A DNA stretch of 64,000 bases from Octopus sinensis (lineage: Eukaryota). Under the pieces are notes generated by a model. The model was not told the origin of the DNA, ran no database searches, and saw only the letters and a list, made by a program, of their open reading frames with translations. Both the position numbers and the translations under genes were made by a program. The stretch spans positions 137,516,001-137,580,000 of the forward strand of contig NC_043000.1 of assembly GCF_006345805.1 (NCBI RefSeq), written 5' to 3'. This document shows, piece after piece, positions 13,160 through 25,072 of this stretch (the stretch's first letter is position 1; every line of letters starts with the position of its first letter).

Positions 13160-13385
13160 CTAAGTCGGTGAGCTGGCAGAATCGTTTTACTGCGCCGGAA
13201 AAAAATCTTAATGCTTGATGGCCTTTCTTCCAACTTTTCTTTCACATTTCAAATGCGGCCGTGGTCGACTTTGTATTTCATTCTTTCGGTGTTGATAAAA
13301 TAACTAATAGTTAAACACTGGCTTCAATATAATCGACTTATTACCTCCACCAAAGTTGCCGGGCTTCTGCCAAAATTTGGTACAA
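13160..13385 (+). mobile_element. SINE family S2, diverged copy with head
   Basis: GGTGAGCTGGCAGAATCGTT head, GGTCGACTTTGTATTTCATTCTTTCGG body. Confidence 0.7.
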
Positions 13386-13844
13386 ATGTTATTCCATACC
13401 TGTCACATTTGATAAACCTTTGCTTAGTAAAGAGTAAATATAAACGATACGGAAATGGTATAAAATGAACCACTGTTACAGAATTTGGAGAAAATGCCAA
13501 ATGCTTCAACATTTTATATTCTTAGTTCCATATGTCAATGGTTTGGTTTCAAATGTATTTTCTCTCTATCGGTCTATAGAAGTATAATTTAATTTCCTAT
13601 AAGTAGTTGTTGCCGTCACCTAGATATATATTTTAGATATATATTTTGTATATTCACTCTTAATGAATGAAGCCATAACTTGATACTTACAGAATTTGCT
13701 TATATTTTATTAAAAGTATTATCTTAGAAAGTCCTTTTGCAAAATTATTTTAAAGAAACAGCTGGATATTTTGTCTGAATTAACGTTTTGTAGTGTAATA
13801 AAAATATAGAAATGAGATCACGTAGACAGCAATAAATAGATATA

Positions 13845-13897
<53 letters not shown>

Positions 13898-13959
13898 ATA
13901 TATATATCTGTCTGTCTGTCTCTCTCTCTATATATCTATATGTCTATCTATCTATCTAT

Positions 13960-14385
13960 CGTGGTCTTTTTCGTAGGCTTTTCTTCCCACGGATAAACCT
14001 TACTTGCTTTCCCCTTTACACCATATATCATAACACTGTGATACACGATCCCTATTGATCGTTTTTTTTTCTTCTTCCCCTTTTTCCCCCCTTTTTTCTT
14101 CTTTTTTCATTTCTCTTTTCTTTTGTTCCTTTTCCTTTTCTTCTTTTTTTTTATTTATTTTATTTTATTTTTTTCTATTTTTTTAATTTTTTATTAAAAA
14201 AAATTTTTTATTAAAAGAATTTTTTTTTGTTCTTCTTTCTCCCTTTTACGATCCCTTTTGATCGAAAACCTACGCCACCTTTTTTTTGTTTCTTTTGTTT
14301 TTTGTTTTTTTCATCCCCCAAAAGAAAAGCTCTACCTTGTAACTTGTCCCATCTGTGTGCAGCCCTGTGTGGCCAATAAAGAAAC
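13960..14385 (+). repeat. Pyrimidine/T-rich tract ending in AATAAAGAAA, possibly a retroposon 3' UTR
   Basis: Long C/T-rich low-complexity segment, two ACGATCCC..TTGATCG motifs, and an end ...GCCCTGTGTGGCCAATAAAGAAA followed by (CTAT)n. Confidence 0.4.
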
Positions 14386-14416
14386 TTATCTATCTATCTA
14401 TCTATCTATCTCTCTA

Positions 14417-14457
<41 letters not shown>

Positions 14458-14733
14458 CTATTATGGTGTATCAGTGAGCGCGCGCGTGTATGTATGCATG
14501 TAATGTGTCCTCGCGTGCGTATGTTTGATTAAACGACTCTGCGACAGAAAATAAGGGATTTAGTAGACCAGACTCGAATAAACTGTTAAAATCTATACCA
14601 TGAAGTTATTTATAAAGTCAATCCTTAGATGTACTTCGATAATTCCGATAATGCGATTTCTATAAACTAAGTCATTCTAAGTAGCACCTCGGAGTCACTG
14701 GTAAATTAACAGTGATAAGATGCTACAAAGCTC

Positions 14734-15536
14734 GGATCTTTTCCTTTTGAACGGCACTTTTCAACACAATTTGTAGTTAACTAAACACTTTTAAACTTCG
14801 TATACTGGTAGAATGTGTTTATAAAACATCATTTTTTCTTGTCTTTATTGAGAAAATTCTATATGTTGTAACATATGTCATCTTTAATTTCGAGCATTTC
14901 GGCAATTTTAACCAATCGCTGACGTCCAATTAGGTAAATAACATTCTGTGCCTAATGAATATGTCACTCCTTTAAGAAACAGATTGGGTGTATTTACATT
15001 TGTGAAGAAAAAAGATACCCTTCCCCCACCTCTAACCCTAACCCTAACCCTAACTAACCCTAACTCTAAAATAGATCGATACTAGGGTTATGATTATGGG
15101 TGATAATTTCATACGACACCGCTACGGAAAATGGGATTTTTTTCTAGATTTGTCAAATGAAAATGTCACCCATAATTATGGCCCTACTATCGATCTATTG
15201 CATTTCAATCTATTTTAGATTTAGGGTTAGTTAGGGTTAGTTAGGGTTAGGGGTTGGGAAAGGGTATTTTTTTCTTCACAAATGTAAATAAACCCAATCT
15301 GTTTCTCAAAGGAGGGACATATTCATTATGCACAGAATATTATTTACCTAAATGGACATCAGCGATTGGTTAAAATTGCCGAAATACTCGAAATTAAAGA
15401 CGAAATATCTTAATTTTCTCAATAAAGCCAAGAGGAAACGATGTTTTATAAATACATTCTACCAGTATAAGAAGTTTAAAACCTTTTAGTTACCTAGAAA
15501 TTATGTTACAAAGTGCAGTTCAAAAGGAAAAAATCC
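14734..15536. mobile_element. Foldback (MITE-like) element with internal telomere-type repeats, copy 1
   Basis: Termini GGATCTTTTCCTTTTGAACGGCACTTT and AAAGTGCAGTTCAAAAGGAAAAAATCC. Arms pair almost to the centre. (CCCTAA)n at ~15035-15066 and (TTAGGG)-type repeats at ~15222-15252. Confidence 0.88.
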
Positions 15537-15707
15537 CAAAGTTCCCCCTTAATCTAAGGAGGACTGAAGCAACATGAAAAGAAGTGTTTTGCTGCAGAAC
15601 AGAACAAGCCACCTAGTCTGGTAATCGAACTAAAGATCTAGCGATCGTGTGTACAACAGACTAACCACGCGCCTACACATATGACATATATAGTATTTTC
15701 ATATATG

Positions 15708-15747
<40 letters not shown>

Positions 15748-15757
15748 GAAATAATAC

Positions 15758-15834
<77 letters not shown>

Positions 15835-16427
15835 TATAATGTAATGCATATAATATATGGGAGGGTGTATAATTGGATGAAGATTACTAAGAAAAATGCT
15901 TTCAGCCGTAAAATGATATCAATCTTATTTGAATCTCCAATTCCATTAGTAAAACTTCTCTCCTATGATAAACATGTTTTTTTTTGTTTTTTGTTTTTTG
16001 TTTTTTTCATCCCCCAAAAGAAAAGCTCTACCTTGTAACTTGTCCCATCTGTGTGCAGCCCTGTGTGGCCAATAAAGAAACTTATCTATCTATCTATCTA
16101 TCTATCTCTCTATCTCTCTCTCTCCTCTCTCTCTATCTATCTATCTATCTATCTATTATGGTGTATCAGTGAGCGCGCGCGTGTATGTATGCATGTAATG
16201 TGTCCTCGCGTGCGTATGTTTGATTAAACGACTCTGCGACAGAAAATAAGGGATTTAGTAGACCAGACTCGAATAAACTGTTAAAATCTATACCATGAAG
16301 TTATTATAAAGTCAATCCTTAGATGTACTTCGATAATTCCGATAATGCGATTTCTATAAACTAAGTCATTCTAAGTAGCACCTCGGAGTCACTGGTAAAT
16401 TAACAGTGATAAGATGCTACAAAGCTC

Positions 16428-17236
16428 GGATCTTTTCCTTTTGAACGGCACTTTTCAACACAATTTGTAGTTAACTAAACACTTTTAAACTTCGTATACT
16501 GGTAGAATGTGTTTATAAAACATCATTTTTTCTTGTCTTTATTGAGAAAATTCTATATGTTGTAACATATGTCATCTTTAATTTCGAGCATTTCGGCAAT
16601 TTTAACCAATCGCTGACGTCCAATTAGGTAAATAACATTCTGTGCCTAATGAATATGTCACTCCTTTAAGAAACAGATTGGGTGTATTTACATTTGTGAA
16701 GAAAAAAGATACCCTTCCCCCACCTCTAACCCTAACCCTAACCCTAACCCTAACTAACCCTAACTCTAAAATAGATCGATACTAGGGTTATGATTATGGG
16801 TGATAATTTCATACGACACCGCTACGGAAAATGGGATTTTTTTCTAGATTTGTCAAATGAAAATGTCACCCATAATTATGGCCCTACTATCGATCTATTG
16901 CATTTCAATCTATTTTAGATTTAGGGTTAGTTAGGGTTAGTTAGGGTTAGGGGTTGGGAAAGGGTATTTTTTTCTTCACAAATGTAAATAAACCCAATCT
17001 GTTTCTCAAAGGAGGGACATATTCATTATGCACAGAATATTATTTACCTAAATGGACATCAGCGATTGGTTAAAATTGCCGAAATACTCGAAATTAAAGA
17101 CGAAATATCTTAATTTTCTCAATAAAGCCAAGAGGAAACGATGTTTTATAAATACATTCTACCAGTATAAGAAGTTTAAAACCTTTTAGTTACCTAGAAA
17201 TTATGTTACAAAGTGCAGTTCAAAAGGAAAAAATCC
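16428..17236. mobile_element. Foldback element copy 2 (inside the tandem duplication)
   Basis: Same sequence as 14734-15536 with one extra CCCTAA unit. Confidence 0.88.
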
Positions 17237-17407
17237 CAAAGTTCCCCCTTAATCTAAGGAGGACTGAAGCAACATGAAAAGAAGTGTTTTGCTGCAGAAC
17301 AGAACAAGCCACCTAGTCTGGTAATCGAACTAAAGATCTAGCGATCGTGTGTACAACAGACTAACCACGCGCCTACACATATGACATATATAGTATTTTC
17401 ATATATG

Positions 17408-17447
<40 letters not shown>

Positions 17448-17457
17448 GAAATAATAC

Positions 17458-17535
<78 letters not shown>

Positions 17536-18502
17536 TATAATGTAATGCATATAATATATGGGAGGGTGTATAATTGGATGAAGATTACTAAGAAAAATGC
17601 TTTCAGCCGTAAAATGATATCAATCTTATTTGAATCTCCAATTCCATTAGTAAAACTTCTCTCCTATGATAAACATGTTTTTTTTTGTTTTTTGATTATC
17701 TTATATTAAAATATTTTTCTTTAGCAGCGTTTTTTTTACCGGTATGATACCTCATCAAACCAGTGTATTTTTATGTTGTATCGTTGTTGTAGTTCTAATT
17801 TAAAATGACGCCCTGAATAATTTTGAGCGTTTATCATACAATTTATCAATTACAAAGTGTGTAAAATTGTGACTTCAGACTATGTTACTATGTGAAGACA
17901 GATATCTAGTAAGAGATAAGGCGATGACGTAGCTTCTACATTGTCGGTCATCTTGCTACTAAGAAGAAAAAAACATTTCCTTGAAATCATATCATATTGT
18001 CCTCATTTCAGAAATAAAGGATATACTGGATAATGTAATTGCAGATTTAACACTAAATAGACAGCGTGGTCATGGCTGGAATATAGTGGATCATAGAACG
18101 TAGAAAATATGTTTCGAAACTCAGTATAAACGTGAACAGCAAAGGTAAAAACTTGTAAATTAATTCATAAGGGTTTTCCATAGATAAAATAAAAAGAATA
18201 TCGTAAAAGAATTTGGAAAACTAAATAAATACGAAGACTTGGCGATAGGCATTGATACAATGTGGCAGACTGAAACGAAAAGAGTCAAACTTATTATCGA
18301 TACCCTATTGATTATAAGAGAAAGATATGAGAAGCATCACAGTAACCTTGCAAGTGATCCATCTCTAATAATCTAAACGTTGTAGAGAACACAATCATTA
18401 CAATATAAATATGAATTACATAGTACATATAAATAAATACAATATACCACGTAGCCCCTTGTTGCCTAGTTTAAATTATACTTAATTTACAATTACATTT
18501 CA

Positions 18503-18722
18503 AGGCAGTGAGCTGGTATCGTCGTTAGCACGTCTGGCAAAAATGTTTAGCGGCATTTCCCCTGTCTTTACATTCTGAGTTCAAATTTCCCCAAGGTCAG
18601 CTTTGCTGTTCATCCTTCCTGGGGTCAATAAAATAAGTATCAGTTAAGTACTTGGATACTGAACAGATACTTATTTAGTCCCCTCTAAGAAATTGCTGGC
18701 TTTGTGCAAAAATTTGAAACAG
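18503..18722 (+). mobile_element. SINE family S2, diverged full-length copy
   Basis: AGGCAGTGAGCTGG head, GAGTTCAAATTTCC B-box, tail GCTGGCTTTGTGCAAAAATTTGAAA. Confidence 0.78.
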
Positions 18723-19249
18723 GTATACTTTTACATTTCATCATTCAGTAAATGTGTTTTCATGGGGCCCCATCATACAGTTAGCTTGCACTACTCAGTC
18801 ATTTATCATGTCTTTCTCAAGATGACAAGATATCCCAGATGGTGATTGTATAAGATCTGTAAAAGGAAAAAAATAATAATATTGATAATACTAATAATAA
18901 TTTTGACTTCGCAAAATTATAAGATAGTATATATAAAGATTATATATAAAGAAAATTGAGAACATTCAGAGCTGTCACAATCTAACCAGTGAGATGAAGA
19001 GCTTGTTGAAGAGAAAGGTGACAAAGGTGGTGTTTCGTCAACTTAGCACAACGGCCAAACTGCTGCCTAAGTGACAGAAGAATACTGGAAATCAGTAGTC
19101 CAGTATTTTGCCAGTATCTGTAGAGTCTTGAGTTTTGTGGAGACTTGTCACCAAGCCTCACGATAACACCCTTCTTAATGAAAATAGCATATAAAAGCTT
19201 TCGTTTAATAACAACCATTCCTAATTTAGGCATAAAGCCATCAGTTTTA

Positions 19250-19400
19250 AGGCGGCGTGGGTGGGCATGTTAGCAGTTGCCATCGAACCAAGTATATCAC
19301 CGGTTCTTTATTCTATCCATTCCGGAGGGAATAAGAGCAAAGCTACTAGCTTGATCTGAATTCAGTAAATAAAGAATCGGAAGATTTATCGGTTGGAATT
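19250..19400 (-). mobile_element. Highly diverged SINE S2 remnant
   Basis: CATCGAACCAAGTATATCACCGGTTCTTTATTCTATCCATTCCGGAGGGAATAAGAGCAAAG aligns loosely to the reverse complement of the S2 body. Confidence 0.45.
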
Positions 19401-19463
19401 TCTTCCGACGTATTAACGGTCCTGCTCGCCACCATAATTACAACATCACCACCACCAACAACA

Positions 19464-19506
<43 letters not shown>

Positions 19507-19520
19507 TAATAATAATAATA

Positions 19521-19770
19521 ATGGGAACTGCTCATATCCTACGCAAAATATTCTCTATGTAATCTCAAGGTTTAAAACAAACATAATTTTCGGTTTAAAA
19601 AAAAAAAAACCTTTTTTTTTTAGACATTCATTAGTACAACATCCCCACCCCCCAAATATATGGCACACTAGGCATAACAACAACATGAACTTCCAACCCT
19701 GTTGTCTCTTGAGGTCTCTGGGTGAGACTTGGAGCCAACTTGTACAAATATAAAGCAAAAGTCAAACATA

Positions 19771-19771
<1 letters not shown>
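19521..19771 (+). mobile_element. R4/Dong-like RLE retrotransposon 3' end, family A, copy 1
   Basis: ATG GGA ACT GCT CAT ATC CTA CGC AAA ATA TTC TCT ATG TAA = MGTAHILRKIFSM*, the LGTAHILRK C-terminal motif, followed by a 3' UTR. Flanked by (AAT)n on both sides. Confidence 0.75.
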
Positions 19772-19820
<49 letters not shown>

Positions 19821-19823
<3 letters not shown>

Positions 19824-20071
19824 GGAACTGCTCATATCCTACGCAAAATATTCTCTATGTAATCTCAAGGTTTAAAACAAACATAATTTTCGGTTTAAAA
19901 AAAAAAAAAACCTTTTTTTTTTAGACATTCATTAGTACAACATCCCCACCCCCCAAATATATGGCACACTAGGCATAACAACAACATGAACTTCCAACCC
20001 TGTTGTCTCTTGAGGTCTCTGGGTGAGACTTGGAGCCAACTTGTACAAATATAAAGCAAAAGTCAAACATA

Positions 20072-20072
<1 letters not shown>
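19821..20072 (+). mobile_element. R4/Dong-like 3' end, family A, copy 2 (300-bp tandem duplicate)
   Basis: Identical to 19521-19771 except for one extra A in a homopolymer. Confidence 0.75.
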
Positions 20073-20118
<46 letters not shown>

Positions 20119-20148
20119 TAATAATAATAATAATATAATAATAATAAT

Positions 20149-20366
20149 ATGTTATGTATTCAGACAAATACATAACAAAAACGCCAGGAATTACAAATAT
20201 ATATAACATACAGAAAATTGCACTACTGGGCTCTGCACACATCCTACATAAAACACTTCCAATACACTAACCATCAGAGCATCACAAAAATCACAGCACA
20301 TACCCAAGGCACACAGAGCTGCGTTCAGTAGTGAAGTGAAAGCACGTTATAAAAATAAAACTACTG
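20149..20366 (+). mobile_element. R4/Dong-like 3' end, family B, copy 1
   Basis: Translates YSDKYITKTPGITNIYNIQKIALLGSAHILHKTLPIH*. The 3' UTR ends TAAAAATAAAACTACTG. Confidence 0.8.
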
Positions 20367-20375
20367 AATGATAAT

Positions 20376-20547
20376 ATGTTATGTATTCAGACAAATACAT
20401 AACAAAAACGCCAGGACTTACAAATATATATAACATACAGAAAATTGCACTACTGGGCACTGCACACATCCTACCCAAAACACTTCAAGGCACACAGAGC
20501 TGCGTTCGGTAGTGAGGTGAAAGCAAGCTATAAAAATAAAACTACTG
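20376..20547 (+). mobile_element. R4/Dong-like 3' end, family B, copy 2 (internal deletion)
   Basis: Same 5' end as copy 1, IQKIALLGTAHIL motif, several substitutions, ends ACTACTG-(AAT)n. Confidence 0.8.
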
Positions 20548-20559
20548 AATAATAATAAT

Positions 20560-20560
20560 A

Positions 20561-20602
<42 letters not shown>

Positions 20603-20715
20603 TTGATGATGGTGATGACGATGATGACAACGACGATGGTGGTGATAATGATGTCGATTACGACGACAATGACGACAACGACGACCTTGACGATAATGAT
20701 GGTGATAAATATGAC
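20560..20715. repeat. (GAT)n/(GAC)n trinucleotide tract
   Basis: Direct reading. Confidence 0.9.
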
Positions 20716-20859
20716 ATCTGCGGGAAAGGAAACATACAGTGTCAAGGCAAAGAATATAGAAAAAACGGGAAAAACTGAAAAAAGGAAATTCTAATTGCTG
20801 AAAGGTTTAGGGATATAGTAGTAAGGATTGCAAAACTTGAAAGAATAACGAAGAGTTAC

Positions 20860-21320
20860 CGAGAAAATTACCGTCATTAAGAGAAATCGAAAGGGCAATT
20901 TATTCTTCGTAGAAAGAAAATTTAATGGCATCCTGGAAAAGATACGCATAAATAACCACTCTGATTCCAATGATCTGCTGCGTTATGGGGCTGAACTTGT
21001 CACAGAAATATTAGGGGTTGACTTTAAAATAAAAATCAAAGAAAATAAAGCTAAAATGTAAGAAGAGGCTGGAAGGAAATTTAAAAGAACTCAAAAAAGA
21101 TTCAAGTCAGCTTCCCTAATTTCCTAAACGAATATGAAAATCCAACTTTCTGAAAATATAACAGCTAAAGGTGTACAAATTGTAATGAAAAAGAAAGCTA
21201 ACAAGCAAACTAAGAATCAGGCCTAAAATATAGAATTTAAATATATACCTACAGGGAAAACTTTAGTATTAAAAATCAATCTTGTTGAGAAGCGAAAGAA
21301 AATTCTATGGAGAATTTAAC
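20860..21320 (+). pseudogene. Decayed N-terminal ORF region of an R4/Dong-like element
   Basis: Frameshifted pieces LPSLREI, FNGILEKIRINNHSDSNDLLRYGAELVTEILG, KKRLEGNLKELKKDSSQL and KFYGEFN resemble the pre-RT region of R4-clade ORFs (recognised from memory). Confidence 0.55.
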
Positions 21321-21806
21321 TGCTATGAAAAAGAAAAAAAAAGAAAGAAAAAGAAATTAAGAGTCAATTGCTGATAAATCAAATTAATTATGGTTAGCAT
21401 TGGAGCAGGAAGCTGAAACAGGAAAAAATACGTTGAGTAGATATAGTAGTGGTAAGATGTGATATATTTCGTATAAGGAAGAATTAAGGCATAGACTGAA
21501 GAAATGTATAATCCCCAGCCTAGATAGCGTTCAATGCTTCCGGTTATTAAAAAAAAAATCAACTTACAAGTGTGTATCTGCACTTTTCAAATTGGGAGAG
21601 AAGAAAATGGAAAAGTGTTTCTATTATGAATAAAACGAAATAAGCTGTAATGAAGCGACAAGCTTAATACATGAGAAACTGAATATAAGATAGATGCCTG
21701 ATGGGATATACTTTTTCCTGGTTATAGAAAACATATAAAACGAAAACAAAAATAATTGATGCCGAAGGAACTATGGGATGTCTTTGAACTACTATTACAG
21801 TTTGGG

Positions 21807-22740
21807 GATCTTTACCCTTTGAATGACAGATCGGGAGATTAATTTTTTGTAACTAAACAGTTTCAAACCTCGGACACTGGTAGAATGTGTCATATAAAAC
21901 ATCTTTTACTCTTAGTGTTGTTGAGAAAAGTTTGTATTTTCAAAGTTGTTTCGTGTCTAATTTGTCGTATTTCGGTAATTTCAATCAATCAATGACGTGT
22001 ATTCAGCCGAATAAAATTACTGTTGTAGTTTCTCAACAACAACTTCCAGTGGTGTATATTTCGTTTGTCATAGTTAATCTCAGTTACGTTTGTATGAATG
22101 AACGAGTGTATCTGAAGCATGCTCGTGCATTCCTACTGCTTTTAGTTTCTTTTTTCTATTTTTCAGCTACTATTTTCGGAAAGACTTTTTTGCGACCCCA
22201 TTCCCATCTAATTATTTGAATTTTCACTTTTTCCGTAACTCTAACCCTAAAAGCCCAACCCTAACCCTAACCCTAACTCTAAAACTTTAACCGTAACCCT
22301 AAAATCCTAACCCTAAAACCCTAACACTAACTCTAAAACCCTAACCCTAACTCTAAAACCCGTAATCCTAACTCTAACCCTAACCCTAACTCTAAAACCT
22401 AACTCTAATCCTAAAACCCTAACCCTAACCCTAAAACCCTAAAGCTAAAACAAGTACAAACGCACGAACGATGTCATGACAAACAAAATATACACCGCCG
22501 ATAGTTATTGTTGACAAAGAACGGCAGTAATTTTATTCAGCTGAATACACGTCATTGATTGGTTGAAATTACCGAAATACGACTACTTTAACACGAAATA
22601 ACTTTGAAAATATAAACTTTTCTCAACAACACTAAGAGTAAAAGATGTTTTATATGACACTTTCTACCAGTGTCCGAGGTTTGAAAGTGTTTAGTTACAA
22701 AAAATTAATTTCTTGATCTGCCGTTCAAAGGGAAAAGATG
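21807..22740. mobile_element. Foldback element related to 14734-15536, with an internal (CCCTAA)-type tract
   Basis: Termini GATCTTTACCCTTTGAATGACAGATC and GATCTGCCGTTCAAAGGGAAAAGAT, inverted arms of about 280 bp, degenerate CCCTAA array at ~22235-22447. Confidence 0.85.
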
Positions 22741-24951
22741 ATAACTAAGAGTATGTTAAATTGTTGTTCGGCAAAGGATCACTTTTAATTGAGCAGCATT
22801 TAGAACCGCAGCCAACTCGTATTTCAAAGTATCTTTGAGTACATTACGCACTGTGTTTTTACTCATTTTTTTTTAAAGACAATTAGTGTGATTTGATGGA
22901 AATGCAGCTGTTATTTCTTGTAGAGTGAGCAATCCCGTTCAAAACAGGGATTCGTAGTTTCATGAAATTAATGGTAGTATGAGTATATATTTATATCACT
23001 AATAATATTTTATACTTTTCGTTAAAATAATGTCTACATTTCTCATTTGTGTTGGTACTTTGTCTGTACACACGTCTAGTTCACTGTGTCTATAAATTTG
23101 TTATATGCTTTTATCTGTGCTATGCGGCTGCCAACATCCCGCCTTAAAGAGCTGTAAGAAAGGATCTGAGTATGAAAAATTTGTAATATCCCAGTGTGAA
23201 TGTTAAGTTTGACGATAAAATTGTTTAGTTCTATAATGGGGTCTTGGTTGGTGTTCAATTGTTGAATGTTTATATTTTTTGATTTGATTACGTGACGAAC
23301 TGATTAATTTGATTATCATGTGTAATTCTGTCTGGTGTGCTAAAGCTTTTTTATTCAGGCTCTTTCCATCGCTCCCGTGGAGCTGTTTGAAGTATAATGT
23401 ATTAGAGATAACTATGATGAAAGATAGCTAAATGCAAACCTTCTTATGTGTTTTATTTTACTACAAGTAGCAAGATAAATAAGTAAACACAACAATAAAT
23501 ATTATCAAGAATACATAATACGTATTTTATTATCATTTACTAAATAGAAGAATAAACAAATCAGTCGCATAAACTTGAATTGAATTTATATTTATGTAAG
23601 AGTTCACAATGCTTATAATATTTGTATATGTGAATTTAACAGATCATTTTATTCGTTTAGTAGTGTTATACGATTTCACAGTCTCAGTGAAAATATTATT
23701 TATGTAAGCAATTACCTTTGCAGGGTATTTAAATACAATTCATGCATTTGATAATTCAGCATATAAATCAGTTTATGAATAATGGTTTGTAGCTATTTGA
23801 TGAAAGTGAGTATTTGACAAAATGGCCGAGGGGAATTTACATGTTCAGTTAGGAATCAATGCGGAACAAATGCCTGGAGATATTTATATATTCTTTTGAT
23901 CTTAATGGTGCCAGACGTCAACTTTGACTGGAAGGGGAATCGTCGATAACCTATAGAGGGGTTTCGATAAAATTACTGCAAAGTAAAATGATTTGTTAGT
24001 CAGTTCATTGTTCCAGTAATTAGTGTTGTCTTAACTCCGCTGAAATCCATTATTTACGGATATGTAGAAGTCAGGTTTATGTCACAGGAAGCTATTGTAA
24101 CATTAGTAATCTATAACAGGAAGGCTTGGAAGCGTCAAGGGAGAAACGGCACTGCATGTCAAAAATGTTTAATATTAGGTGTCTTTGGAGCTTTGTGATT
24201 TATATATTTTTAATAGCCGTGGTGATTCCAACTACAGCCAACCAAAGAAGTTTGTAAATACTTGCGACATTATTGTCTGAAAGTAGAATAGTAGAAAGTA
24301 AACGGCGGCCTTAAAATAAAACACTTGTTTTGTAAGTAAAAGTAAAGTTTTCTGAAAATAATTTTATGGTAATGAGATAATTATAACTAAAGTTTTAGCA
24401 AATGACTTACAGCAAAATATATGTACAATAGATACAGAAATTAAATGTGTACAGGAATAAACTAGAACTGGATACGAGATCAAAGAATCTGCGTGTGGCT
24501 TGATATTTTTTCAATACTATTACTGCAAAAGTGATTCGTCTGACACATATTGAAGCAAAGTAGGCAGTAGCCAGATGGCACATCAATGCATATAATAAGT
24601 AAGAGGTATGAGCTACCAAGTTTGTAGGGGTAGTAATTTAATTTCCAAAAAGTGTTGTGCACAGTGTCTGTTACTTGAACTGTTGCAGAATAGCTTGAAT
24701 GAACCATTTTGGGGTCCTTCGCCGGCGAGTTCTGTTTGTGAGATAGATGCACAAGCTCCAAAAAGTGGTTTCAATGTACTTGGAAGTAAGAAGGTCAAGC
24801 TTGTGTAGGAAAGAAGATTGCAAAGATAAAGCACCGTAGAGGCACATGAGAATGAATGAAACTGAAAATAGGTGGATAAAGAAGAGAATGCATGGACATT
24901 GTTTACATTATTTACATTTGACGGATATTTGACCTCATATTGTTTGTTGTT

Positions 24952-24997
24952 AACAAAACGTTTCGGTTGATATACCCCCCAGCATTCACCAGGTGTC
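24952..24997 (-). ncRNA. Degenerate minimal HHR motif (core CUGGUGA)
   Basis: Minus strand reads GACAC CTGGTGA A TGCTG...CAACC GAAAC GTT/ TTGTT. Homologous to the copies at 48570-48615 and 49457-49502. Confidence 0.55.
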
Positions 24998-25072
24998 TTG
25001 GGGGAAATTTCGAACCCGGGTTCTTATTTGTAAGGTACTTTTCGATGTTGTTATTATTATTATTGTTATTCA

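Larger units (their letters stand above)
14290..17695 (+). repeat. Near-identical tandem duplication, unit about 1.7 kb
   Basis: CATCCCCCAAAAG at 14312 and 16008 (offset 1696). The differences I found are only in homopolymer or microsatellite lengths. Confidence 0.95.

Noticed and set aside
15033-15255. Telomere-fusion scar
   Set aside because: The repeat order is CCCTAA then TTAGGG, and the arrays lie inside the arms of a dispersed foldback element.
19460-20560. CRISPR-like repeat-spacer array
   Set aside because: The units are retrotransposon 3' ends separated by microsatellite in eukaryotic DNA; there are no unique spacers or cas genes.
20561-20794. Poly-M, poly-I and poly-S ORFs
   Set aside because: Translations of the (GAT)n tract.
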